From the NCBI GenBank assembly GCA_038087875.1, contig CM075996.1:7194001-7258000 (forward strand): 64,000 bases of DNA, read 5' to 3'. This DNA comes from Malacoraja senta. Lineage: Eukaryota. The translations under genes and the position numbers were made by a program. Positions 1 through 11,562 of this stretch are shown here, piece by piece; the stretch's first letter is position 1, and every line of letters begins with the position of its first letter. Below the pieces are notes generated by a model. That model was not told where the DNA came from. It saw nothing but the letters and a program-made list of their open reading frames with translations, and did not search any database.

Positions 1-1119
1 GGTTTAAGATGCTGCATGACCCACAGTGTAGCTTAGAGGTGGCCAAGTGCTGGATGTGGTCACATTATTCCAAAGCCGGAGTGGACAACCCCAGAGCAGT
101 ATATCCGCCACCTCCACCCTCCGCGTTTCCAGAAGCACGCAAAGTGCTGGAGCAACTCAGCGGCTCAGGCAGCATCTCTGGAAAGCACGGATGGGTGACC
201 TTTCTGGTCTCCAGGGTTCAAAAGGTTTTAAAGGATGAGCCCACACCCTAGGCTAAGAGACAGCGGCAGATTAGACGGATGAGAGGGGATCTTATAGAAA
301 CATATAACATTCTTAAAGGATTGGACAGGCTAGATGCAGGGAAAATGTTCCCCATGTTAGGGGTCACACAGTTTAAGAATAAGGGGAAGGCCATTTAGGA
401 CTGAGATGAGGAAAAAAAATGTCATCCAGAGAGTTGTGAATCTGTGGAATTCTCTGCCACAGAAGGCAGTGGAGGCCAATTCACTGGATGTATTCAAGAG
501 AGAGTTAGATTTAGCTCTTAGGGCTAACGGAATCAAGGGATATGGGGAGAAAGCAGGAACGAGGCACTGATTTTGGATGATCAGCCATGATCATATTAAA
601 TGGCGGTGCTGGCTCGAAGGGCCGAATGGCCGACTCCTGCACCTATTTTCTATAATAATAATAATAATAGATTTTATTTATATAGCGCTTTTCAGGACTC
701 AAAGTCGCTTAATGTTTCTATGATTCACGAGGTGAAACCTCACCGGGAAGTTTTTGCCCGTCGGGGATGTCGGACAAGGCTAGGGCTCAGTTCTCTCGAC
801 TGGAGGTGAGCTGAAGAAGAACCTGGTGAAGTGAGGACACAAAGTGCTGGAGTAACTCAGCGGGTCAGGCAGCATCACCGGACAACATGGATAGGTGACG
901 TTTCGGGTCGTGGCCCTTCTACAATCTCAATGCAGTCTGTACAACAGCAATTGTGCAAAGCGAGGGAGTGTGCGCACTTGTTCATAAGCGACAGGAGCAG
1001 AATGAGGCCATTCGGCCCATCGAGTCTCCTCCGCCATTCAATCATGGCTGATCTATCTCTCTCTCCAAACCCAACTTGTGCACTTGGCAACGTGAGAACA
1101 GCTTAGTTTAGTTTAGTAT

Positions 1120-1243
1120 TCCTCAGCTTACCTTATCTTAGCTCACCTTACCTTACCTCACCTGAGCTTACTTTACCTCACCTTAGCCTACCTTACCTCA
1201 CCTGAGCTTACCTCACCTCACCTTAGCTCACCTTACCTCACCT
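1120..1243. repeat. Degenerate pentamer microsatellite (CCTCA/CCTTA)n
   Basis: About 25 pentamer units. Confidence 0.9.
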
Positions 1244-1831
1244 TCGCTTACATTAGTTGCCGTGTGGAGATCGCGAGTCCAATGAAAGATAGTTCGAGGG
1301 GCTTCAATGAGGTCAGGACCGCTCTCTAGTTGGTGAGAGGACGGTTCAATTGCCTGGAATGTAGGGATATGGATCACATGCGGGCAGAGTGAGATTAGCT
1401 TAACTCGGCGTCGGCTGGCACAGACATTGTGGGTCGAAGGGCCTGCTCTATCTTCTGTGTTGAAGCAGCTCATCACCATTTCCCACAAGCAATATTGCAT
1501 TAACCTTTGAGGTCCACCTATACTGAATAAGTTCATGTTCATCGATTCTAGGATCAGAATTAGGCCATTCGGCCCATCGAGTCTTTTCTGCCAACTTATT
1601 CCTTCTCTCCAGAGATGCTGCCTGTCCTGTTGAGTTACTCCAGCATTTTGTGTCATAAGGTCAAAAAGTCATAAGTGATAGGAGCAGAATTAGGCCATTC
1701 GGCCCATCGAGTCTACTCCGCCATTCAATCATCTTTCCCTCTCAACCCCATTCTCCTGCCTTCTCCCCATAACCCATGACACCCGTACTAATCAAGAATC
1801 TATCTGTCCCTGCCTTAAAAACATCATTGTC

Positions 1832-4420
1832 TTAGAAACATAGAAAATAGGTGCAGGAGTAGGCCATTCGGCCCTTCGAGCCTGCACCGCCATTCAATAT
1901 GATCATGGCTGATCATCCAACTCAGTATCCCGTACCTGCCTTCTCTCCATATCCCCTGTCCCTTTAGCCATAAGGGCCACATCTAACTCCCTCTTAAATA
2001 TAGCCAATGAACTGGCCTCAACTACCTTCTGTGGCAGATAATTCCACAGATTCACCACTCTCTGTGTGAAAAATGTTTTTCTCACCTTGGTCTTAAAGAC
2101 TTCCCTCTTATCCTTAAACTGTGACCCCTTGTTCTGGACTTCCCCAACTTCGGGAACAATCTTCCTGCATCTAGCCTGTCCAACCCCTTAAGAATTTTGT
2201 AAGTTTCTATAAGATCCCCCCTCAATCTTCTAAATTCTAGAGTGTACAAGCCGAGTCTATCCAATCTTTCTTCATATGAAAGTCCTGCCATCCCAGGAAT
2301 CAGTCTGGTGAACCTTCTCTGTACTCCATCTATGGCAAGAATGTCTTTCCTCAGATTAGGAGACCAAAACTGTACACAATACTCCAGGTGTGGTCTCACC
2401 AAGGCCCTGTACAACTGCAGTAGAACCTCCCTGCTCCTATACTCAAATCCTTTTGCTATGAATGCTAACATACCATTCGCTTTCTTCACTGCCTGCTGCA
2501 CCTGCATGCCTACTTTCAATGACTGGTGTACCATGACACCCAGGTCTTGTTGCATCTCCCCTTTTCCTAATCGGCCACCATTCAGATAATAGTCTACTTT
2601 CCTGTTCTTGCCTCCAAAGTCGATAACCTCACATTTATCCACATTATACTGTATCTGCCATGCATTTTCCCACTCACCCAACCTATCCAAGTCACCTTGC
2701 AGCCTCCTAGCATCCTCCTCACAGCTAACACTGCCCCCCAGCTTTGTGTCATCCGCAAACTTGGAGATGTTGCATTCAATTCCCTCGTCCAAATCATTAA
2801 TATATATTGTAAATAGCTGGGGTCCCAGCACTGAGCCTTGCGGTACCCCACTAGTCACTGCCTGCCATTCTGAAAAGGACCCGTTTACTCCTACTCTTTG
2901 CTTCCTGTCTGCCAGCCAGTTCTCTATCCACATCAATACTGAACCCCCAATACCGTGTGCTTTAAGTTTGTATACTAATCTCTTATGTGGTACCTTGTCG
3001 AAAGCCTTCTGAAAGTCCAGATACAACACATCCACTGGTTCTCCCTTATCCACTCTACTAGTTACATCCTCGAAAAATTCTATAAGTCAAGTCGTCAAGT
3101 CAAGAGTGTTTATTGTCATGTGTCCCTGATAGGACAATGAAATTCTTGCTTTGCTTCAGCACAACAGAACATAGTAGGCATTGACTACAAAACAGATCAG
3201 TGTGTCCATATGTCATTATATAAATATATACACACATCAATCAATATACTGATAAAGTGCAAATAACAGTTAATTATTCGTCAGACATGATTTACCTTTC
3301 ATAAATCCATGCTGACTATGTCCAATGGTTTCACCACTTTCCAAATGTGCTGCTATCCCATCTTTAATAACTGACTCGAGCATTTTCCCCACTACCGATG
3401 TTAGACTAACTGGTCTGTAATTCTCCGTTTTCTCTCTCCCATTTTAAAAAGTGCGGTTACATTAGCTACCCTCCAATCCCCAGGAACTACTCCAGAACAT
3501 AAAGAGTTTTGTAAAATTATCACTAATGCATCCACTATTTCTGGAGCTACTTCCTTAAGTACTCTGGGATGCAGCCTAACTGGCCCTGGGGATTTATCGG
3601 CCTTTAATCCATTCAATTTACCTAACACCACTTCCCGACTAACCTGGATTTCACTCAGTTCCTCCATCTCATTTGATCCCCGGTCCCCTGCTATTCCAGG
3701 CAGATTATTTATGTCTTCCTTAGTGAAGACAGAACCAAAGTAGTTATTCAATTGGTCTGCCATGTCCTTCTTCCCCATGATCAATTCACCTGTTTCTGAC
3801 TGCAAGGGACCTACATTTGTTTTAACTAATCTTTTTCTCTTCACATATCTATAAAAACTTTTGCAGTCAGTTTTTATGTTCCCTGCCAGTTTTCTTTCAT
3901 ACTCTATTTTCCCTTTCCTAATTAAGCCCTTTGTCCTCCTCTGCTGGACTGAATTTATCCCAGTCCTCTGGTAGGCTGCTTTTTCTGGCTAATTTGTATG
4001 CTTCATCTTTTGTTTTGATACTATCCCTGATTTCCCTTGTTATCCATGGATGCACTACCTTCCCTGATTTATTCTTTTGCCAAACTGGGATGAACAAGTG
4101 TTGTAGTTCATCCATGCAGTCTTTAAATGCCTTCCGTTGCGTATCCACCGTCAACCCTTTAAGAATCAATTGCCAGTTTATCTTGGCCAATTTACGTCTC
4201 ATACCCTCAAAGTTACCTTTCTTTAAGTTCAGAACCCTTGTTTCTGAATTAACAATGTCACTCTCCATCCTAATGAAGAACTCAACCATATTATGGTCAC
4301 TCTTGCCCAAGGGGCCACGCACAACAAGACTGCTAACCAACCCTTCCTCATTACTCAATACCCAGTCTAGAATAGCCTGCTCTCTCGTTGGTTCCTCTAC
4401 ATGTTGGTTTAGAAAACTAT
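1832..4420 (-). mobile_element. 5'-truncated CR1 LINE (ORF2 reverse transcriptase and 3' UTR), interrupted by a ~190 bp insertion at about 3087-3275
   Basis: ORF 2082-3053 has VDVLYLDFQKAFDKVPH, GVPQGSVLGP, KFADDTK and RPHLEYCVQFWSP. Frameshifted upstream parts at 3401-3844 and 3918-4420 (ILDWVLSNE, SDHNMVEF). TTCTATGT-type tail at about 1832-1850. Confidence 0.95.
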
Positions 4421-5799
4421 GGCCTCCAAAGTCTTCTGTGGCAAAGAACACCACAGATACACCACCAAAAATAAAGGAACATTATTACAGGTACAGCCAG
4501 AAGGTTATATTAAACCTTTATTAAGCACTGGTGTGGTCACAATTGTAGTATTGTGGCCAATTCAGTCACTGTGCTTTGAGAATGAGTGACGTGCCCTTAG
4601 TGGCAACAACATGGGTTGAAGAATGAACGATTTCATCTCCAAAGTTTGAATGAGAAGCTGGCTTCAATGATTACAGCATGGAAACAGGCCCTTCGGCCCA
4701 CCGCGTACACTAGTTCTATCCTACACACTGGGGACAATTTACAGAAACCAATTAACCTACAAACCTGCATGCCTTCGAAACGTGGGAGGAAACCGGAGCA
4801 CCCGGAGAAAGCCCACGCAGGCACGGGGAGAACGTGCAAACTCCATACAGACAGCAGCCGTAGTTAGGATCGAACCGGGTCTCCGGCGCTGTGAGGCAGC
4901 AGCTCTACCCGCTGCGGCATTGATTGAAAGACACAATGTGGAACCAGGCCCTTGGACTCACGCTGGCCACCGGTTGCCCGTTCACACTAGATCCCACTTT
5001 CACATCCCCTCCCTACGCACAAGAGGGCCGATAAACCCACAAACCCACGCTTCTTTGGGATGTGGGAGGAAACCGGAGCTCCCGGAGAAAACCCATGCGG
5101 TTTTAGTTTTAGTTTTGGAGACACAGCGCAGAAACAAGCCCTTCGGCCCACCGAGTCCGGGCCGACTAGCAATCACCCCGTACACTAGCACTAATATCCT
5201 GCACACTAGGGACAATTTACAATTTGTATCGACGCCAATTAACCTGCAAACCCGCACGTCATTGGGGTGTGGGAGGAAACCGGAGCACCCGGAGAAAAAC
5301 CCACGCGGGTCACGGGGAGAACGTGCAAACTCCACACACAAACACAAACACACACACAGAGACACACACAGGCAGCACCCGAGGTCGGGATCGAACCCGG
5401 GTCACTGGCGCTGCGATGTAGCATCTCTACCCGCTGTGTTGGGTGGCTAAAAATTCCCGAACGTTGCAAACATTGCATGGATATTCCCAAACGACAACCA
5501 CAGGGAACAAGTTTATTACAAATGCACTTTAATGACTTTGAGAGAACATTTACATAGAGGTGCTACACGTCCCCAGTTTGTGCCAGGGGCGCGTGTGTAG
5601 TCCTTGCTCCAATATAAACACATTGTACCTCTAACTATACATCAAGAGCCGTATCTAACAATAGTTAAAAGGTTGAAGGATTAAAAGTGGAAAGAGTTTG
5701 GGTGGTCAACTGTGCCGTGGGCGAGGAGTGAGGAACCGTGGGCGAGGGTGTGTGGAGGAGGCAAGAGGAGGGAGAAGGGGAACCATTCCAGACATCTCC

Positions 5800-5882
5800 A
5801 AATGGCGGCCAAATGCAGGTCACAAAATGGTGGCCAATGCAGGTCACAAAATGGTGGCCAATGCAGGTCACAAAATGGCGGC
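5800..5882 (+). repeat. 24 bp tandem repeat x3 (AAATGGYGGCCAATGCAGGTCACA)
   Basis: Visible direct repeats. Confidence 0.9.
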
Positions 5883-8800
5883 ACCTTCATACAACCTACA
5901 ATCAAACCTCCCCCCCTTAGACACAAATGTACTCTCCACCATTTAATCCCAGAGAACATCCTTTGCTTCCGATCCGCACCCCTCAGAATGGTTCTACTGG
6001 AATGGTTTAGTTTAGAGATACAGCGCGGAAACAGGGCCTTCAGCCCACCGAGCCCGCGCCGACCAGCGATCCCCGCACACTAACACTATCCTACACGCAC
6101 TTGGGACAATTAAAAAATATATATATATTTTACACCAAGCCAATTAACCTACAAACCTGGTCGTCCTTGGAGTGAGGGAGGAAACCGAAGATCTCGGAGA
6201 AAAACCCACGCAGGTCACGGGGAGAGCGTACAAACTCCGTATGAACAAGCAGCCGTGGGCAGGATCAAACCCGGGTCTGCAGCTCTACAGCTGCCCCGCC
6301 GTGGGATGGCGTCCTCTTCAGTAGAGGGTCAGCAACTCAGTCACACAGGGGGATACCACACCCTAGGGTGCAAGGCCTGGATAGAGTGGATGTGGAGAGG
6401 ATGTTTCCACTAGTGGGAGAGTCTAGGACCAGAGGCCACAGCCTCAGAATAAAAGGACATACCTTTAGAAAGGAGATGAGGAGGAATTTCTTTAGTCAGA
6501 GGGTGGTGAATCGGTGGAATTCATTGCCACAGACGGCTGTGGAGGCCAAGTCAATGGATATTTTTAAGGCGGAAATTGGCAAAACCTGATCAGTACGGGT
6601 GTCGGGGGTTACGTGGGGAGACGGCAGGAGAATGGGGTTGAGAGGGATAGATCAGCCATGATTGAATGGCGGAGGGCAGTTTCAATGGCCCAAGCGGTCA
6701 CGGGGAGACAAACTCTGTACCTGGGTCTCCGGCGCCATGAGGCCGTCTCCTCACGTGAAGAAGGGAGAGGAATAGCTTTGGGAGGTGGCAAACGGACAGA
6801 TGTAAACAGGAGATGTACGAGGCTGTTGCCAGGACTTAGGGGGGTGGAAACGTTTTTCCTCATCTCAGTCCTAAATGGCCGACCCCTTATTCTTACACCG
6901 TGACCCCCTGGTTCTGGACTCCCCCAACATCGGGGACACTTTTTTCCTGCACCCCTTAAAAAGTTTCAAGAAGATTCCCTGTTGCCAGGACTCGAGGGTC
7001 TGAGCTACAGGGAGAGGTTGAGCAGGCTGGGACTCTACTCCTTGGAGCGCTGGAGGATGAGGGGGAGATCTTATAGAGGTGTACAAAACCATGAGAGGAA
7101 TCGATCGGTTAGTCGCGTTGCCCAGAGTAGGGGATTCGAGGACCGGAGGACATAGGTGGCTGTTTCCGCGCTGTTTCTCTTAAACTAAACTAAGATACTT
7201 GGGTAAGATCAACGAGGGTCGGGCCGCTTAGAATGTCAACAGGATAGACCGTGTACATGATTGGGCAGGATGGGAGAAAAAAAAATTCAGGTGACAGGCC
7301 CCTGAACATAGGAATGGAAGAAACAGTGGAATGTTAAGACCACGAACCATCAAAGTTAGTTTAGTCCCCTTGCTTAGCTCTGTGCCCCTCTCTAAATCCA
7401 AGGCCCCCCTCTAGCTTTGGAGGCACTGCCACCGATGATCGTGCGTTAAACCAATTCATTGTCTGTTCCAACGTTCTCCAGTGCGACGCGATTCCAGTGA
7501 GCACTCCAAATCGGGCCTACATGGTGCCACAAGCCTTATCCAACCAGGGAACAATCTCTTCCTTCGACAAGGCCTGCACCCGTAGTCATTCCTTCCTCTC
7601 GGCGAAAGAGATGCTGCCCGTCCCGCTGAGTTACTCCGTCATCTCGTGCCCGTGTTTGGTTCACGCCAGCATCTGCAGTTCCTTCCCGACGCGAACAAAT
7701 CTCAACAGCGGGTGGCAGGCAGGAAACGCCGGAGCAACTCAGCGGGTCGGGCGGAGAACCGACCTCTGGAGAGAAGGAATGGGCGCCGTTTCGGGCAAGA
7801 GACCCTTCCTTCAGACGGAGAGCCAGGGGAGGGGAGGAAGACCAGAGGCGCGGAAATGGTCAGAGAACAAAAAGAAACAAAAGGCACGAGAGAAACAAAT
7901 TTGGGCCAGCGCCGATGATCAGGGAAATGTGGAGCCCACAATGCTCCATTGTTGGCTGTGGGAGAGGCGATGACGAGAGGACACGAACAGTGAAACTAGG
8001 CAGGACGACGGGGAAACTAATGGGAGAGATAATGAGTCTGTGGGGACGTTGGTTGACAAAGGTGAGTGGGGTGGGGGTGGGGATGTTGGCCTTTGATGGG
8101 GTGAGGGTGGTGAATCTGTGGAACTCATTGCCACAGACGGCTGTGGAGGCCAAAGTCATTGGGTATTTTTAAGGCGGAGATTGACAGATTCTTGATTAGT
8201 ACGGGTGTCAGGGGTTACGGGGAGAAGGCAGGAGAATTGGGTTGAGAGGGAAAGATAGATCAGCCATGATTGAATGGCGGAGTAGACTAGAGGGGCCGAA
8301 TGGCCTAATTCTGCTCCTATCACTTATGACTAGGGTGGGGGAGGGATAGAGAGAGGGGAAATGCAGGGATTAGTTAAAATGAGAGAAAATCAATATTCAT
8401 ATCGCTGGGTTGCAACTTACGATTATTAGAATTAATATTCAACCAGATATTATCTCTCAAGTCACAAGGTGGAACGATAAAACTCTCTAAAAAGGTAGAC
8501 ACAAAACGCTGGAGTGACTCAGCGTGTCAGGCAGCATCTCTGGAGAAAAAGGATCGGCAACGATTTCGAGTCGGGGCCCTTCTTCAGGAGCTCGGACAGC
8601 CTGAAGAAGAGTCACAACCCGAAACGAGCTGCCGGAGGAGGTAGTTGAGGCAGGGACTATCGCAATGTTTAGGAAACATTCAAACCGTGACGTGGATAGG
8701 ACAGGTTTAGTGGGATAGGTGGGCCAAAGGCAGGCAGGCAGGTGGGGCATGTTGGTCGGTGTGGGCCCAAGGGCCGGCTTCCACGCTGTACGACTCTGTG

Positions 8801-8912
8801 AGATGCGGTCTGACCCGCCGAGTTACTCCAGCACTTTGTGTCTATCTTTGGTGTAAACCAGCATCTGCAGTTCCCTTGTGTCCACTAATGAAACTCTCTC
8901 TGCAAGGCCTTA

Positions 8913-9221
8913 AGGGCCTGTCCCACTGTACGAGGTAAACCAAGAGTTCTCCCGAGTTTTTTTAAAACATCGAACTCGTGGTAAGGACGTAGAATGTACG
9001 TAGCGGGTACGTCGGAGCTCGGGGGCGTCCCTTAGCGGCTCGTAACGCTAATGGCAGGTACTCAGGAAACGCGGTAAGCTCGTGAAGATTTTTCAACATG
9101 TTGAAAAATGTCCACGAGAGCCCCGAGTACCCACGAGCGGCCATTACCGTAATTCCCCGAGTTCGAATCAGGGGAAACTCGGGAGAACTCTTGAATTAGC
9201 TCGTACAGTGGGACAGGCCCT
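8913..9221. mobile_element. PIF/Harbinger-like MITE, ~300 bp type (other copies 18748-19069, 30839-31135, 50058-50431, 51823-52196, 62270-62597)
   Basis: TIR AGGGCCTGTCCCACTGTACGAG / CTCGTACAGTGGGACAGGCCCT with extended internal palindromy; no coding capacity. Confidence 0.85.
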
Positions 9222-9339
9222 TTTACACACCAACCCATCCCAGTATATTTCATCTCCCTAATGTAATCTCCCGTACTGTAAGGCCAAGTGCGGACATGGA
9301 ATGGGTTTGACTTGCCATGTCCTCAGTGCTAGTGCGTAG

Positions 9340-9860
9340 GAAGGAACTGTAGACGCTGGTTTACACTGGAGACAGACACAAAACGCTGGAGCAACTCAGC
9401 GGGACAGACGGCATCTCTGGAGAGAAGGAATGGGTGACGTATCGGGTCGAGACCCTTCTTTAGACTGAGAGTTGATGTGGGGGGGGTGGGAAACTAGTGA
9501 CAGGAAAAGGTCCAGAACAAATCAGAGCCGGCACCGATGTCCAAGGAATGGTGGAGCCCACAATGGTCTATTGTTGGCTGTGGAAGAGGTGATAACGATA
9601 TCCGGATTGATGGATGCGAACAGTGGAACTGGCAGTACGACTAGGATGGGGCCGGGACAGAGAGAGGGAACGCAAAGGCTGCTTGAAGTTGGAGAAGTCA
9701 ATGTTCACACCGCTGGGGTGTAAGCTGTCCGAGCGAAATATGAGATGCCTTTCCTCCAATTTGCGCTAGGCCTCACTCTGACAGTGGAGGAGGCCCTGGA
9801 CAGAAAGGTCAGTGTGGGCATGGGAGGGGGAGTTGAAGTGTTTGGCAACCAGGAGATGGT
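9340..9860 (-). mobile_element. Penelope-like element 3' remnant (GIY-YIG endonuclease C-terminus and terminal repeat)
   Basis: RKLEERHLIFRSDSLHPSGVNIDFSNF followed by the hammerhead-bearing terminal repeat. Confidence 0.75.
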
Positions 9861-10069
9861 GGAGTTGGCGTGCGGGGGGCTATTTCTTTGCTTTGGCCTG
9901 TGTTTGCAGCCAGAGTGAAGACAAGTGGCCTTCCTGGAATTCCCGATCTTTCCCGCAGAAGTTGATGGTCCCAACTGCTCCCCGCTCCAAAGGGCAGTGG
10001 AACAAATTGCGTTCATTGATCTAGTGACCCGTAGTGTTAAGTTGAGTGGGACCCAGGCTGGTCTCGAAA

Positions 10070-10269
10070 NNNNNNNNNNNNNNNNNNNNNNNNNNNNNNN
10101 NNNNNNNNNNNNNNNNNNNNNNNNNNNNNNNNNNNNNNNNNNNNNNNNNNNNNNNNNNNNNNNNNNNNNNNNNNNNNNNNNNNNNNNNNNNNNNNNNNNN
10201 NNNNNNNNNNNNNNNNNNNNNNNNNNNNNNNNNNNNNNNNNNNNNNNNNNNNNNNNNNNNNNNNNNNNN
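10070..10269. other. Assembly gap (200 N)
   Basis: Run of 200 N, followed by a CA-rich microsatellite. Confidence 1.
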
Positions 10270-11463
10270 AATCACACTATCACACACACTATCACATACA
10301 CACCACTCACTTTCACACACACTCACTCTCTCACACACACTCTCTCAACCCTCGTACACACACATAACCCGCGCACACATCCCACACACACACTATTGCT
10401 CAGAGGCACCAGGAGATCAGAGCCAGCCCACTGCCGGACCCACACACATACACGCGCTCATGGACAGACACAGTGGGTCGGCACGGTGGCGCAGCCGTAG
10501 AGTTGCTGCCTCACAGCGCCGGAGACCCAGGTTCGATCCCGACTCTGGGTGCTGTCTGTATGGAGTTTGCATGATCTCCCCGTGACCTGCGTAGGTTTTC
10601 TCCGAGATCTGCATTTTCCTCCCACGCTCCAAAGACGTGCAGATTTGTAGATTAATTCATCGGCTTGGAATAAGTGTAAAATGGTCCCTAGTGTGTGTGT
10701 AGGGTAGTGTCAGTGTGGGGGGGATCGCTGGTCGGTGCGGACACGGTGGGCTGAAGGGCCCCGTTTCCATGCTGTATCTCTAAACTAAGCTGAATTAAAC
10801 TAAACTCCCAAACACAATCTGCAGAGGTCGGAAACACTGACTGAATGTTTGGTCTCAGTGGTCTGGAACTCAGGAGATTTAACCATGAGGTCATCCGTCG
10901 CCAGCTCACCCACACAAGCAATGTGTGCAACATCAAACACAAACCAGGACGGCAGGCCCACTCAAAGACTTCAACTGAGCGTTTGACGGCACTGGGCCTG
11001 TACTCACTGGAGTTGAAACTTACAGAATAGTGAAAGACCTGGATAGACAATAGACAATAGGTGCAGGAGTAGGCCATTCGACCCTTCGAGCCATTCAATG
11101 TACAGAGCTCATCTCCCCCTGTACAGCTCAATGTATACGATGAAGCAGCAGAAATAACTATTAACCTAGTGCAAGCTGCGCTATGCTTTCAAGAGAGAGC
11201 TAGATAGGGCTCTTAAAAATAGAGGAGTCAGGGGATATGGGGAGAAGGCAGGAACGGGGTACTGATTGGGAATGATCAGCCATGATCACATTGAATGGCG
11301 GTGCTGGCTTGAAGGGCCGAATGGCCTACTGCACCTATTGTCTATTGTCTATGTAACTCGCAGCTGTTCCCCGACAGATTAGTGCCACGCAGACTAATGC
11401 ATGGACAGTGCATATGTCAGTCCCGCCATCCCGGGAAGGTGATGGTGGGCGCGGCGACTGTTA

Positions 11464-11562
<99 letters not shown>

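Noticed and set aside
744..822. AG/GT-bounded 79 nt segment as exon 3 of the Ras gene
   Set aside because: It does not encode ILDTAGQEEF and looks like a decayed CR1 fragment. True exon 3 was not found in 1-11468 and may be in the gap or outside the window.
5800..5882. CRISPR-like array
   Set aside because: No unique spacers, no cas genes, eukaryotic context.
9925..10585. ORFs spanning the N run
   Set aside because: Artefacts of translating the assembly gap.
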